DNA of 64,000 nt, from assembly GCA_050287085.1 (NCBI GenBank), contig JBNKBE010000001.1:96001-160000 (forward strand). The letters run 5' to 3'. This document shows positions 21,226 through 29,885 of the stretch, in pieces. The translations under genes were made by a program, and so were the position numbers. Numbering within the stretch: position 1 is the first letter of the stretch; every line of letters begins with the position of its first letter. This stretch comes from Polyangiaceae bacterium. Lineage in GTDB: Bacteria; Myxococcota_A; Polyangia; Polyangiales; Polyangiaceae. Below the pieces are notes generated by a model. That model searched no databases and had not been told where the DNA came from. It saw only the letters and a program-made list of their open reading frames with translations.

Positions 21226-21273
21226 TTGACGGGCGTTGAGGCTTCATTCATCCTTTCATCCGGCTTTCCGGAT
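21226..21273 (+). promoter_or_regulatory. Sigma70-like promoter (TTGACG-N17-CATCCT) followed by palindromic operator ATCCGG-N4-CCGGAT (candidate SahR site)
   Basis: -35 at 21226-21231, -10 at 21249-21254, palindrome at 21258-21273, ending 10 bp before the ATG at 21284. Confidence 0.6.
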
Positions 21274-21283
21274 AAAGCACCTC

Positions 21284-22261
21284 ATGCGCCCCTCTGCTCC
21301 CAGCACGCCCCCCGTTCACGACTGGCTCGGCACGTTGAGTGACCGCACCCGGACGCGGCTGCTTCGACTGACCTCGCGCGCCGAGCTCTCGGTCGGTGAG
21401 CTCTGCCGCATTCTGGAACTGCCGCAGTCCACGGCCAGCCGTCATCTAAAAACCCTGGTGGACGATGGCTGGCTCGAGGCACGACGTGACGGTACCAGCC
21501 GCTTCTATCGCCTCGCATTCGCAGATCGCTCCGGCCCCCGGGAAGCACTGTGGCGGTGGGTCACCGAGAGTCTCGCGCGTGAACCCCAGTCGGCCGTTGA
21601 TGACGAACGGTTGGACCGCGTTCTAACCGAACGTCAACACCAGAGTCAGGCTTTCTTCGCGGGCGCCGCTACTCAATGGCAGGACGTGCGCGCCCAATTG
21701 TTTGGTGACTATTTCCAACAGCAACTCCTTCCCGCTCTGCTGAACCCCGAAGAGGTCGTCGCCGACCTGGGGTGCGGAGCGGGTACATTGAGTGCGCTCA
21801 TAGCGCCCCATGTCGCGCGCATCGACGCGCTTGACTGTTCACCTGCGATGGTCGACGCGGCTCACGCGCGACTTGAGGGCTTCGGGAACGTGACTGTTCA
21901 CCTGGGCGACGTAGCGCAAATTCCCCTACCCAACGAGGGAGTCACATTGGCTCTTCTTGTCCTGGTACTGCACACGCTCAAGCAACCCGACCACGCTCTC
22001 TCGGAGGTAGCTCGCGTGCTAGCCCCAGGAGGGCGCGTCGTCGTGATGGACATGCTCCCTCACGAACACACGCGCTTCAAGACTGAGCTCGGTCACCAGT
22101 GGCTCGGCTTTCCCAAGGCAGCTATCGAGCGCAGCCTCGCTGCGGCCGGCTTAGCAATTACACACTTCTCATTAGTCGCGACCGAAGGCCGTTCGCCTCG
22201 TCCGGCTCTATTTCTCGCCGTAGGCTCAAAACCGCTTTCGGCAGCCCACCAGATGACCTAA
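21284..22261 (+). CDS. sahR: ArsR-HTH/SAM-methyltransferase-fold transcriptional regulator (SahR-like)
   Basis: ArsR HTH (LSVGEL..ILELPQSTASRHLKTL) fused to DLGCGAG methyltransferase fold; immediately upstream of ahcY. Confidence 0.85.
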   Translation: MRPSAPSTPPVHDWLGTLSDRTRTRLLRLTSRAELSVGELCRILELPQSTASRHLKTLVDDGWLEARRDGTSRFYRLAFADRSGPREALWRWVTESLAREPQSAVDDERLDRVLTERQHQSQAFFAGAATQWQDVRAQLFGDYFQQQLLPALLNPEEVVADLGCGAGTLSALIAPHVARIDALDCSPAMVDAAHARLEGFGNVTVHLGDVAQIPLPNEGVTLALLVLVLHTLKQPDHALSEVARVLAPGGRVVVMDMLPHEHTRFKTELGHQWLGFPKAAIERSLAAAGLAITHFSLVATEGRSPRPALFLAVGSKPLSAAHQMT

Positions 22262-22378
22262 TTGGTCCCTCCAATGTGATGCACTAGGCGTAGACCACGC
22301 CAGCAACAACGAAGTTCACCGGAGCAACTAGCTCAGCAGCAGCTGCCTTCATCAAGAAGGAGCAAGAGGAGAAAGACG

Positions 22379-23824
22379 ATGTCCGTAAGACCCCACTTCA
22401 AGATCGCCAACATTCACGAGCACGAGCTTGGGAGGAAAGAAATCCGCCTCGCCGAGCAGGAGATGCCCGGCCTCATGGCGTTGCGAGAACGCTATCGCAG
22501 CGAGGCGCCCCTAAAGGGCGTACGCATCGGCGGATCCCTCCACATGACAGTGCAAACTGCCGTGTTGATTGAAACCCTGGTAGAACTCGGAGCAGACGTC
22601 CGCTGGGCCTCATGCAACATCTTCAGCACCCAGGACGCCGCCGCTGCCGCCGTCGTCGTTGGAAAGAACGGAACCCCGGAGAAGCCTGCAGGGGTACCCG
22701 TTTTTGCGTGGAAGGGCGAAAGCCTCGAAGAGTACTGGTGGTGCACCAATGAGATGCTGACCTGGCCCGACGGCGCTGGGCCGCAACAGCTCGTCGACGA
22801 CGGGGGTGATGCGACGCTGCTCATCGTGAGAGGCGCCGAATACGAGAAGGCCGGTCAAATTCCGACCTTCAACCCAGAAACGGACTCAGAAGAGTGGGGC
22901 GAGATCCTGAAGCTCATGCAGCGCACCTTCGCTGAAGATCCCAACAAGTGGACGACCTTCGCCGCCAAGTGCCAGGGCGTCAGCGAAGAAACGACCACCG
23001 GGGTCCATCGTCTGTACGAAATGCAGAAGGATGGGACGCTCCCGTTCCCCGCTATCAATGTCAACGACAGCGTCACCAAGAGCAAGTTTGACAACCTCTA
23101 TGGTTGCCGACACTCACTCATCGATGGCATCAATCGCGCAAGCGACGTCATGATGGGCGGCAAAGTCGCTGTGGTCTGTGGCTATGGTGACGTAGGCAAG
23201 GGATGCGCGCAGTCACTTCGTGGACAGGGCTGCCGCGTGATCATCACGGAGATCGATCCCATCTGCGCACTTCAAGCGGCGATGGAGGGCTACGAGGTCC
23301 GCCGCCTCCGAGATGTGATTGCAACAGCAGACATCTTCGTGACGACCACGGGCAACAAGGACATCATCATGGCCGCCGACATGGCCAAGATGAAGGACAA
23401 GGCCATCGTTGGCAATATCGGCCACTTCGACAACGAGATCGACATGGCGGGCCTGGCCAAGACCCCGGGCATAGAAAAGATCAATATCAAGCCTCAGTAC
23501 GACGAATGGGTCTTCCCGGACGGGCACAGCATCCTGGTCCTGGCTGAAGGTCGCTTGCTCAACCTGGGGTGTGCAACAGGTCACCCGAGCTTCGTCATGA
23601 GCGCATCCTTTACCAACCAGGTGCTCGCGCAGCTTGAACTCTGGACGAATAAGCACAACTACAGAAATGAAGTCTACGTGTTGCCCAAGAAGCTGGACGA
23701 GATGGTGGCCCGACTGCACCTGGGCAAGCTAGGCGTGGAACTGACGGAGCTCTCTCCGTCCCAAGCAGCCTACATCGGCGTTCCGGTCGATGGCCCCTAC
23801 AAGCCCGACCACTATCGCTACTGA
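22379..23824 (+). CDS. ahcY: Adenosylhomocysteinase
   Basis: [49 protein letters not shown] and C-terminal YRY. Confidence 0.99.
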   Translation: MSVRPHFKIANIHEHELGRKEIRLAEQEMPGLMALRERYRSEAPLKGVRIGGSLHMTVQTAVLIETLVELGADVRWASCNIFSTQDAAAAAVVVGKNGTPEKPAGVPVFAWKGESLEEYWWCTNEMLTWPDGAGPQQLVDDGGDATLLIVRGAEYEKAGQIPTFNPETDSEEWGEILKLMQRTFAEDPNKWTTFAAKCQGVSEETTTGVHRLYEMQKDGTLPFPAINVNDSVTKSKFDNLYGCRHSLIDGINRASDVMMGGKVAVVCGYGDVGKGCAQSLRGQGCRVIITEIDPICALQAAMEGYEVRRLRDVIATADIFVTTTGNKDIIMAADMAKMKDKAIVGNIGHFDNEIDMAGLAKTPGIEKINIKPQYDEWVFPDGHSILVLAEGRLLNLGCATGHPSFVMSASFTNQVLAQLELWTNKHNYRNEVYVLPKKLDEMVARLHLGKLGVELTELSPSQAAYIGVPVDGPYKPDHYRY

Positions 23825-23844
23825 GCGACGAAGGACGAGGAACG

Positions 23845-23903
23845 AGGCTTGGCGCCAAGCCTTGATCGGAGGAGCGGGGAGCGAGCTTGCTCGCGCCCCG
23901 CTC
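23845..23903. terminator. Paired hairpins downstream of ahcY
   Basis: Perfect 18-bp palindrome AGGCTTGGCGCCAAGCCT (23845-23862) and stem GAGCGGGG.GCGAGC/GCTCGC.CCCCGCTC (23872-23903). Confidence 0.5.
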
Positions 23904-24058
23904 TTGGAGGGTTCGGCGGGTGGGAGGGGGTTCGGCTTTGGGGGGCCGCTTGCCGCACCGCCTTGCTGATGATGGCGTGCGGGGAGCGAGGGCAACGGTT
24001 TTGTCGGGACCGGGATTTTGGGGTTGAGCACCGCACACAGGCCACGCGGGTTGCTACT

Positions 24059-26401
24059 CTAGTAGAAGTGTCGGCAGCCCATGTCGTCCGAGTCCGGACG
24101 CTCTCCAGCAACTTGGTACCAGAAGGTACCTATCTTGACACAAACCAACACGTGGTCGTTTGACATGAACATCGACGGAGCGCCGCATTGTTCCGCTGAA
24201 TAGTCGTCGGACGTATCGAATTCAGAGGTCGTTGGAGTGCCCTGATACTCAAAGTTGAACGAAAATGTGGTGTCCGGCGCGAAGGACGCCTGAGTTGATA
24301 AATAGAAGCGCAAGAGCTGCCCACCGTCGATGATCTCCGTGCTCACCGTTTCTGGAGCGTCTCGAACGACAAGGTCAGTAATCGGCTGCTCGGGCGTTGT
24401 ATAGTAGAGCAATCCGACATTGGCCCATAGAATGCTGCGACCAGAACGGTTCGCCATCGCCACGAATACGCGAGGCAAACTGGTCGTCGCTCCGCCATCA
24501 CAGTAGTCCGAGTAGACGATCCCAAACGGCTCACAGACGCCCCCGGAACACCTGTCCGAGACGCAGTCGCTGTTCATCCGGCAGTCTTTGCCCGCCGCAG
24601 CGGGAACGCAGCTACGGGCGCGACAGTCATCGCTGCGACATTGGTTGTCCACCTCACAGGCTTCGCCGACGTTGGCGGCGAAACAAGCTCCGTCAACGCA
24701 GTTCTCGTTTTCGCAGTCCGCGTCGATGCCGCAGGGTTCGTCGAGTTGGCTGATCGAGCACTCTCCGTCATTGCACGCTCCGCTGAAGCAATCACCCGCA
24801 GTCATGCAGGCCCCGCCTGCGCCGCTTCGAGTGCACAGGCCGTCCGTTCCACAGGCCCCACTGAGACAATCGATGTCTGACAAGCAGGCAGCAGATGCCC
24901 CCGCTGGTGAACAAGTATGTGCTTCGCCGCAGACGCCTCCCACGCAATCGGCTGCGTCTGCGCACCGCTCCCCGACGACCCCAGGCGAGCACAGACCATC
25001 AGCGCCGCAGCGCATGGAAAGACAGTCGGAATCGCCCTCGCAAGCCTGGTCAGGATGTGCCCCTCGGCACATAAGCCCCTCGCACTCCCCACTGAGACAG
25101 TGGCTGGCTTTGGCGCACCCCTGCTGAAAATCGGATAAGCCACACTCACCCGAGGTCTCACAGGTACCGCTCTCACACTCATCTCCCTGTTGACACGGCG
25201 CACCCACAAACCCAGGAACACAAGCGCCTTCGTCACAGCGTTGGCTGGCACAATCGGCGTCGCCCCCACAAGCAGCCTGCACTCCGCTCAAACTGCATGT
25301 CCCAGCAAGTGAACAGACTCCGGAGAGACAATCGTCGTCCTTCTGGCAAGAGGCGAGCGCGCCGCAGCCCGGACAATCCCCCCCACAGTCGAGGTCGGTC
25401 TCCGTGCCATTGTGCCGCATGTCGCCACACGACTGCTCCGACGGTAGGCACTCTTCGTCGCAAACGCTGCTCGCGCAGTCCGAGTCCCGTTCGCAACGCG
25501 CGCCCACCACACAGCGCTCACAGCCCATGGTCCCGCCGCAGTCGACGTCCGTTTCACTGCCGTTCTGAATGCTATCCGAACAACCAGCGCGCTGGCAGAC
25601 CTGCCCCTCGCAAAGCGAGCTGCTGCAGTCGGCATCATTCTCACAGCTCTGGCCGGCGTCGCACGGGTCACAACTGCCGCCGCAATTCGTATCCGTCTCG
25701 TCACCCACACTCTCACGAGAGCAGTGCGCGGGTCGGCAGAGGTGTGTCCCCATCGAGCACAACCCACTCTTACAGTCCGCGTTCTGCAGACAAGCACGCC
25801 CGTCGCTACAGGGCGCGCAATCTCCACCACAATCGCTGGCCGTCTCCGAGCCGTTGACAATTCCATCATCACACGCTGCGGGATTGCACACTTCCGACCC
25901 ACAATTCCGTGACTCGCAGTCCTCGTCCTCGGCACAGGGCGAGCCCGCGGCGCACCCGCTCTCGCAGCTGCCCCCGCAATCGGGTCCGAGCTCGTCGCCG
26001 TTTTGGAGCGCGTCGTCACACGTCGGCTCCTGGCAGCTCCCGTCGCAGCGCCCAGACCTGCAGTCGCTATCGCGTTTGCAGTCCAGACCGTCTGCGCAGG
26101 GAGCACAGCTTCCACCGCAGTCTACCCCCGTTTCGTCTGCGTCAAGCGCGTTGCTGCGGCAATGGGCCGGCGCGCCCGCATCACGCCCCAAGCGGTAGTC
26201 TGCTTCGAGCTCGATCAGCGCATCGCTCTTGGTACATCCGCTCGCGCTGCTGGCCATCAGCAGACCCAAGACACCTCCGATGGCGGCGGTTCCCGAAAAC
26301 GAGAAGGCGAAGCGTTGGCTTTGCTGCCTCGATAGCTGCTGACGTTCGCAGCAGAACTCCCTGGACGCACAGATTGATGGCACTGGGGGTAAGACAGGCA
26401 T
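24059..26401 (-). CDS. Cys-rich repeat surface (lipo)protein with C-terminal CBM3-like domain
   Basis: Hydrophobic segment plus SGC; 6 long repeats (C.D...NG.ET..DCGG.C..C) and about 10 short repeats (C....DC.S..C....C); C-terminus LLYYTT..FDTSDDYS..NDHVLV..VAGERP; start codon uncertain. Confidence 0.75.
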   Translation of the reverse strand: MPVLPPVPSICASREFCCERQQLSRQQSQRFAFSFSGTAAIGGVLGLLMASSASGCTKSDALIELEADYRLGRDAGAPAHCRSNALDADETGVDCGGSCAPCADGLDCKRDSDCRSGRCDGSCQEPTCDDALQNGDELGPDCGGSCESGCAAGSPCAEDEDCESRNCGSEVCNPAACDDGIVNGSETASDCGGDCAPCSDGRACLQNADCKSGLCSMGTHLCRPAHCSRESVGDETDTNCGGSCDPCDAGQSCENDADCSSSLCEGQVCQRAGCSDSIQNGSETDVDCGGTMGCERCVVGARCERDSDCASSVCDEECLPSEQSCGDMRHNGTETDLDCGGDCPGCGALASCQKDDDCLSGVCSLAGTCSLSGVQAACGGDADCASQRCDEGACVPGFVGAPCQQGDECESGTCETSGECGLSDFQQGCAKASHCLSGECEGLMCRGAHPDQACEGDSDCLSMRCGADGLCSPGVVGERCADAADCVGGVCGEAHTCSPAGASAACLSDIDCLSGACGTDGLCTRSGAGGACMTAGDCFSGACNDGECSISQLDEPCGIDADCENENCVDGACFAANVGEACEVDNQCRSDDCRARSCVPAAAGKDCRMNSDCVSDRCSGGVCEPFGIVYSDYCDGGATTSLPRVFVAMANRSGRSILWANVGLLYYTTPEQPITDLVVRDAPETVSTEIIDGGQLLRFYLSTQASFAPDTTFSFNFEYQGTPTTSEFDTSDDYSAEQCGAPSMFMSNDHVLVCVKIGTFWYQVAGERPDSDDMGCRHFY

Positions 26402-26571
26402 AGCTGAAGAGGAAGGCTCGACGGAAGCTGTAAGAACTATACCACTCGCGCCCCGTTCGGCGCACTCCCAGCTGCAGGCCCGAGCGACTGCCCTCCCCCA
26501 CGGTCAGAATCTTCTCACGGCGCGACAAGCGATGTGAGCGATATGATCAGGATGGTGCTAATAACACGGGG

Positions 26572-28329
26572 TTGACCTGCCGGCGCTCCGATCTGAACCG
26601 AATCCGGTGCAATCCGGGACATGCCCTGTCCGGCAGGGCCCGCTGGTGCGTCGCGGCGCTCGCTTGCGCGCTACTACTCGCTCCTGGCTGCCGCGACGAC
26701 GCGAGCCCCGCTCGGGCGAAGCCAGCCCAGCGCCCCCCCGCCGCGGCTCCCTCGGCGACCAGCCCGGCTGCGGCACCGAGCGCAAGGGCCACGAACTCGA
26801 ACGATGAGTCGGACGGTGCCGCCCGCGCCTTTTTGGAGGCCCAGCAGCGACTTTCGCGCGAAGACTCAACGCCGTCTCTAGTGGGAGCGCCTGGGTTCGA
26901 GCGTGAACGCGCGGCTTTGGTCAGCCGCGCGAAAGCCGAACCGATCTTCTTCATACGACGACCGGAGGTCGCTTCTTCCCTGAACGCACTGCGACTGGCA
27001 GAACGACGCGACTTCGAAGCCAGTGATTTCCCCTTTCGCGAACTTCGGCGGCTGTTCGAGCGCTACGAACACGACCCAGCCGCATTGCGCGACGTGCTGC
27101 TGCCTGACGGCTACCTCTACGTAGAGCGCCCCAATCACGCCTTCGCCCTCGTGTCTCGGCTCAGTCCGGAACGGTTGTTTGCCGAGCCGCATATTTGGGT
27201 ACAGCGCGGCGACCTGGTGATGCACGCTGAGCGCCGCGCCAACCGCCAATACGTTTACGTCGATGGCCCCGAGCAGGGGCGTCGCGTGCGACTGCTGTTT
27301 TTGGATCGCGTCGGGGTAGGCGACGTCGTACCGCCGCCGTTGCACCGCGACTTTCGCTCCTTGCGCTACCGCACGTTCTTCGCTCGCGCGCGAGTCAAAC
27401 ACCTGAGCGAGGAATTCATCACCGCCGACCTGCTCTACGGCGAAGACTGGGTGCCCACCCTGCTGCGAGCAGAAGGAGCCCGCCTGACTGTCGTCACCGA
27501 AGCGGTCGATCCTGAGCGACGACGAGCCGTCGAAGTGGCCCGAGCCGCCCAGAAGGAACGAGCCCATCTGGTCGCCGCTCTGCGCAACGCGATGCTGGCT
27601 CAAATTGCCGAAGCCCTGCCGTTTGACGAACCGCGAACTGAAGAGGGCCAACAGGACGGACAGCTGCGACCGGAGTGGGTGCGAGCGTATTCGGACGGGC
27701 AACGACACTTCGAGTTCAATGGCGACCGCTACCGCGTCTACGACCGAGACGGTCAACCTCATCCCCCTCAGGTGTGTATGGACTTCCTCCTGGACACGCT
27801 CGATCGGGCGGCGGGTACGTGGTGGACGCCAATGACCGCAGGCGTTCCGCACAAGACCCGCGGACGATTGGATCTGCGCGGTATGCTCGGTTCGCGCGGG
27901 CGACAGTCGGACAGCTTCATCCGGTTCGCGCTCGACAGTCCCGAGTGGTTCGACGTGCTATTCGTGCCGGAACGAGAGCGGATCGAGCTCGGCTATAAAG
28001 AACGCTTCTTCGCATGGCTGGCGCGCCGCGCCGCGGATTTCCAGGCTGGCGACATCGTGCTCATTCGCGGCCTGACGCCATGGGACGAAGAAGAGGAACA
28101 CACCCATTCGTTCTACGTATTTGAAAACGATCCACTGACGGGTGTACCGATAGCTATTGCGGGCAATGCCGGCCCCGCAAACCTCTGGTCGTGGGAAACG
28201 GAAGCGCGACGAACCCCCCACCGCACGCTGCGCACACGGGTCCGCTTGCGTTCTCGTTGGCTCCGGCGCGTCCTGCCGATCGACCTGTCCAAACCCATCG
28301 CACTCCCCCCACTGTTGAACAATCGGTGA
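26572..28329 (+). CDS. Hypothetical lipoprotein, possible C-terminal NlpC/P60-like (Cys/His) domain
   Basis: Lipobox LAPGC; PQVCMDF ... AGDIVLI ... HTHSFYV; start uncertain. Confidence 0.6.
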   Translation: MTCRRSDLNRIRCNPGHALSGRARWCVAALACALLLAPGCRDDASPARAKPAQRPPAAAPSATSPAAAPSARATNSNDESDGAARAFLEAQQRLSREDSTPSLVGAPGFERERAALVSRAKAEPIFFIRRPEVASSLNALRLAERRDFEASDFPFRELRRLFERYEHDPAALRDVLLPDGYLYVERPNHAFALVSRLSPERLFAEPHIWVQRGDLVMHAERRANRQYVYVDGPEQGRRVRLLFLDRVGVGDVVPPPLHRDFRSLRYRTFFARARVKHLSEEFITADLLYGEDWVPTLLRAEGARLTVVTEAVDPERRRAVEVARAAQKERAHLVAALRNAMLAQIAEALPFDEPRTEEGQQDGQLRPEWVRAYSDGQRHFEFNGDRYRVYDRDGQPHPPQVCMDFLLDTLDRAAGTWWTPMTAGVPHKTRGRLDLRGMLGSRGRQSDSFIRFALDSPEWFDVLFVPERERIELGYKERFFAWLARRAADFQAGDIVLIRGLTPWDEEEEHTHSFYVFENDPLTGVPIAIAGNAGPANLWSWETEARRTPHRTLRTRVRLRSRWLRRVLPIDLSKPIALPPLLNNR

Positions 28330-28636
28330 GCGGAAAGCCGGAGTCAGCGCCTGACACCGGCTGCCACGTCGATACGTGACAGAAACGCTGCTGTGCTCGA
28401 CGTGGAAGCGCGGGTTCCTCGGTCGGGCTGCGGGGCCAGGGGTGTCGCAAACGAAACGCCTCGAGCCCGAGGCACCCGTCGGAGCCCCACCGAGTTTGCC
28501 CTTGCAATCCGCCCGGAAATGCGATTCCAAGGCATAGCCTCGAACGGGGCCCCTTCACGCAAGCAAGAATCCGCTGTGCCCAGCACGAAACGCGTGTAGG
28601 CTTCGTCTTTTCACAACCCTTGCCAATCGAGCCCCC

Positions 28637-29710
28637 ATGTCAGTCATGAAACTCAAGCCCGGCGTCGTCACCGGAAACGCCCTGATCGAACTCTACGACT
28701 ACTGCCGCAATGAGCAGTGTGCATTGCCCGCCGTCAATGTCATCGGGTCCAATACGGCCAATGCGGCACTGGCCGCAGCCAAGGCCGCCAAGAGTCCTAT
28801 CATCGTTCAGCTATCGAATGGCGGAGCACAGTTCTATGCTGGCAAGTCGCTCGACAACAGCAAACAGCAAGCGTCGATAGCGGGCGCGATAGCGGGCGCC
28901 CACCACGTCCGCCTGCTTGCCGAAGCCTACGGCGTGGCGGTCATCCTTCACACCGACCATGCTGCCAAGAAGCTACTGCCTTGGATCGATGGCCTGTTGG
29001 ATGCTGGCGAGAAGTACTTTGCTTCATACGGCCAGCCCCTATTTAGCTCCCATATGCTCGATCTGTCGGAGGAGCCGCTCGACGAAAATCTGGAGATCTG
29101 TGCCGGCTATCTGAAGCGAATGGCACCACTCCAAATGCAGTTGGAGATCGAACTTGGCGTCACCGGCGGTGAAGAGGACGGTGTCGACAACAGCGATATC
29201 GACGATTCCAAGCTGTACACCCAGCCTTCGGAGGTACTGCAGGCCTACGACGCCCTCACGCCGCACGGCCGGTTCAGCGTAGCGGCATCCTTCGGCAACA
29301 CCCACGGCGTGTACAAGCCCGGCAACGTGAAGCTCACGCCGGTAATCTTGAAGAACTCTCAGGACGCCATTCAGAAGGAGCGCAAGACGGCGCCCAAGCC
29401 GGTGAACTTTGTCTTCCACGGCGGCTCCGGCTCCACCAAAGAAGAAATCCGCGAAGCGGTTTCCTACGGGGTGATCAAGATGAACATCGACACCGATACG
29501 CAGTGGGCGTTCACTCATCCTGTCAAGCAATACATGGACGACAAAAGTGCCTATCTGCAAGGCCAACTCGGCAACCCCGAGGGCCCCGACGCTCCGAACA
29601 AGAAGCAGATCGACCCGCGCGGTTGGTTGTACCAGGGCGAGAAGGGCATGTCGGCCCGTTTGGTAGAAGCGTTCAAAGACCTCAACTCGTTTGAGAAGTT
29701 CGAGTTCTAG
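28637..29710 (+). CDS. fbaA: Fructose-bisphosphate aldolase class II
   Basis: LPAVNV, HTDH, SSHMLDLSEE, GGEEDG, FGNTHGVYKPG, FHGGSG and KMNIDTD. Confidence 0.98.
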   Translation: MSVMKLKPGVVTGNALIELYDYCRNEQCALPAVNVIGSNTANAALAAAKAAKSPIIVQLSNGGAQFYAGKSLDNSKQQASIAGAIAGAHHVRLLAEAYGVAVILHTDHAAKKLLPWIDGLLDAGEKYFASYGQPLFSSHMLDLSEEPLDENLEICAGYLKRMAPLQMQLEIELGVTGGEEDGVDNSDIDDSKLYTQPSEVLQAYDALTPHGRFSVAASFGNTHGVYKPGNVKLTPVILKNSQDAIQKERKTAPKPVNFVFHGGSGSTKEEIREAVSYGVIKMNIDTDTQWAFTHPVKQYMDDKSAYLQGQLGNPEGPDAPNKKQIDPRGWLYQGEKGMSARLVEAFKDLNSFEKFEF

Positions 29711-29743
29711 ACGCCCATAGCCACACGCGGCGATGCGTCAAGA

Positions 29744-29778
29744 GGCCCATGTCGCCCCTGATTGAGGCGACATGGGCC
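29744..29778. terminator. Hairpin between convergent fbaA and DUF4132-like gene
   Basis: Perfect 13-bp stem GGCCCATGTCGCC/GGCGACATGGGCC. Confidence 0.55.
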
Positions 29779-29885
29779 GAGGAAATTGGGTCGGAGGCGC
29801 GGGCAGCGAGCGGTAGTTCCCGACCGACTACCAATCAAGTTGGGGCCGAGGGTAGCGGAGACGGACTCCTGGCCGCTCCTATGCG

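Noticed and set aside
22262..22378. SAH/SAM riboswitch before ahcY
   Set aside because: No recognisable consensus; regulation is better explained by the upstream SahR-like gene
26878..27852. 324-aa - strand ORF (and similar long overlapping ORFs such as 59580-60581 and 36087-36854)
   Set aside because: Shadow or alternative-frame ORFs typical of high-GC DNA, overlapping better-supported genes
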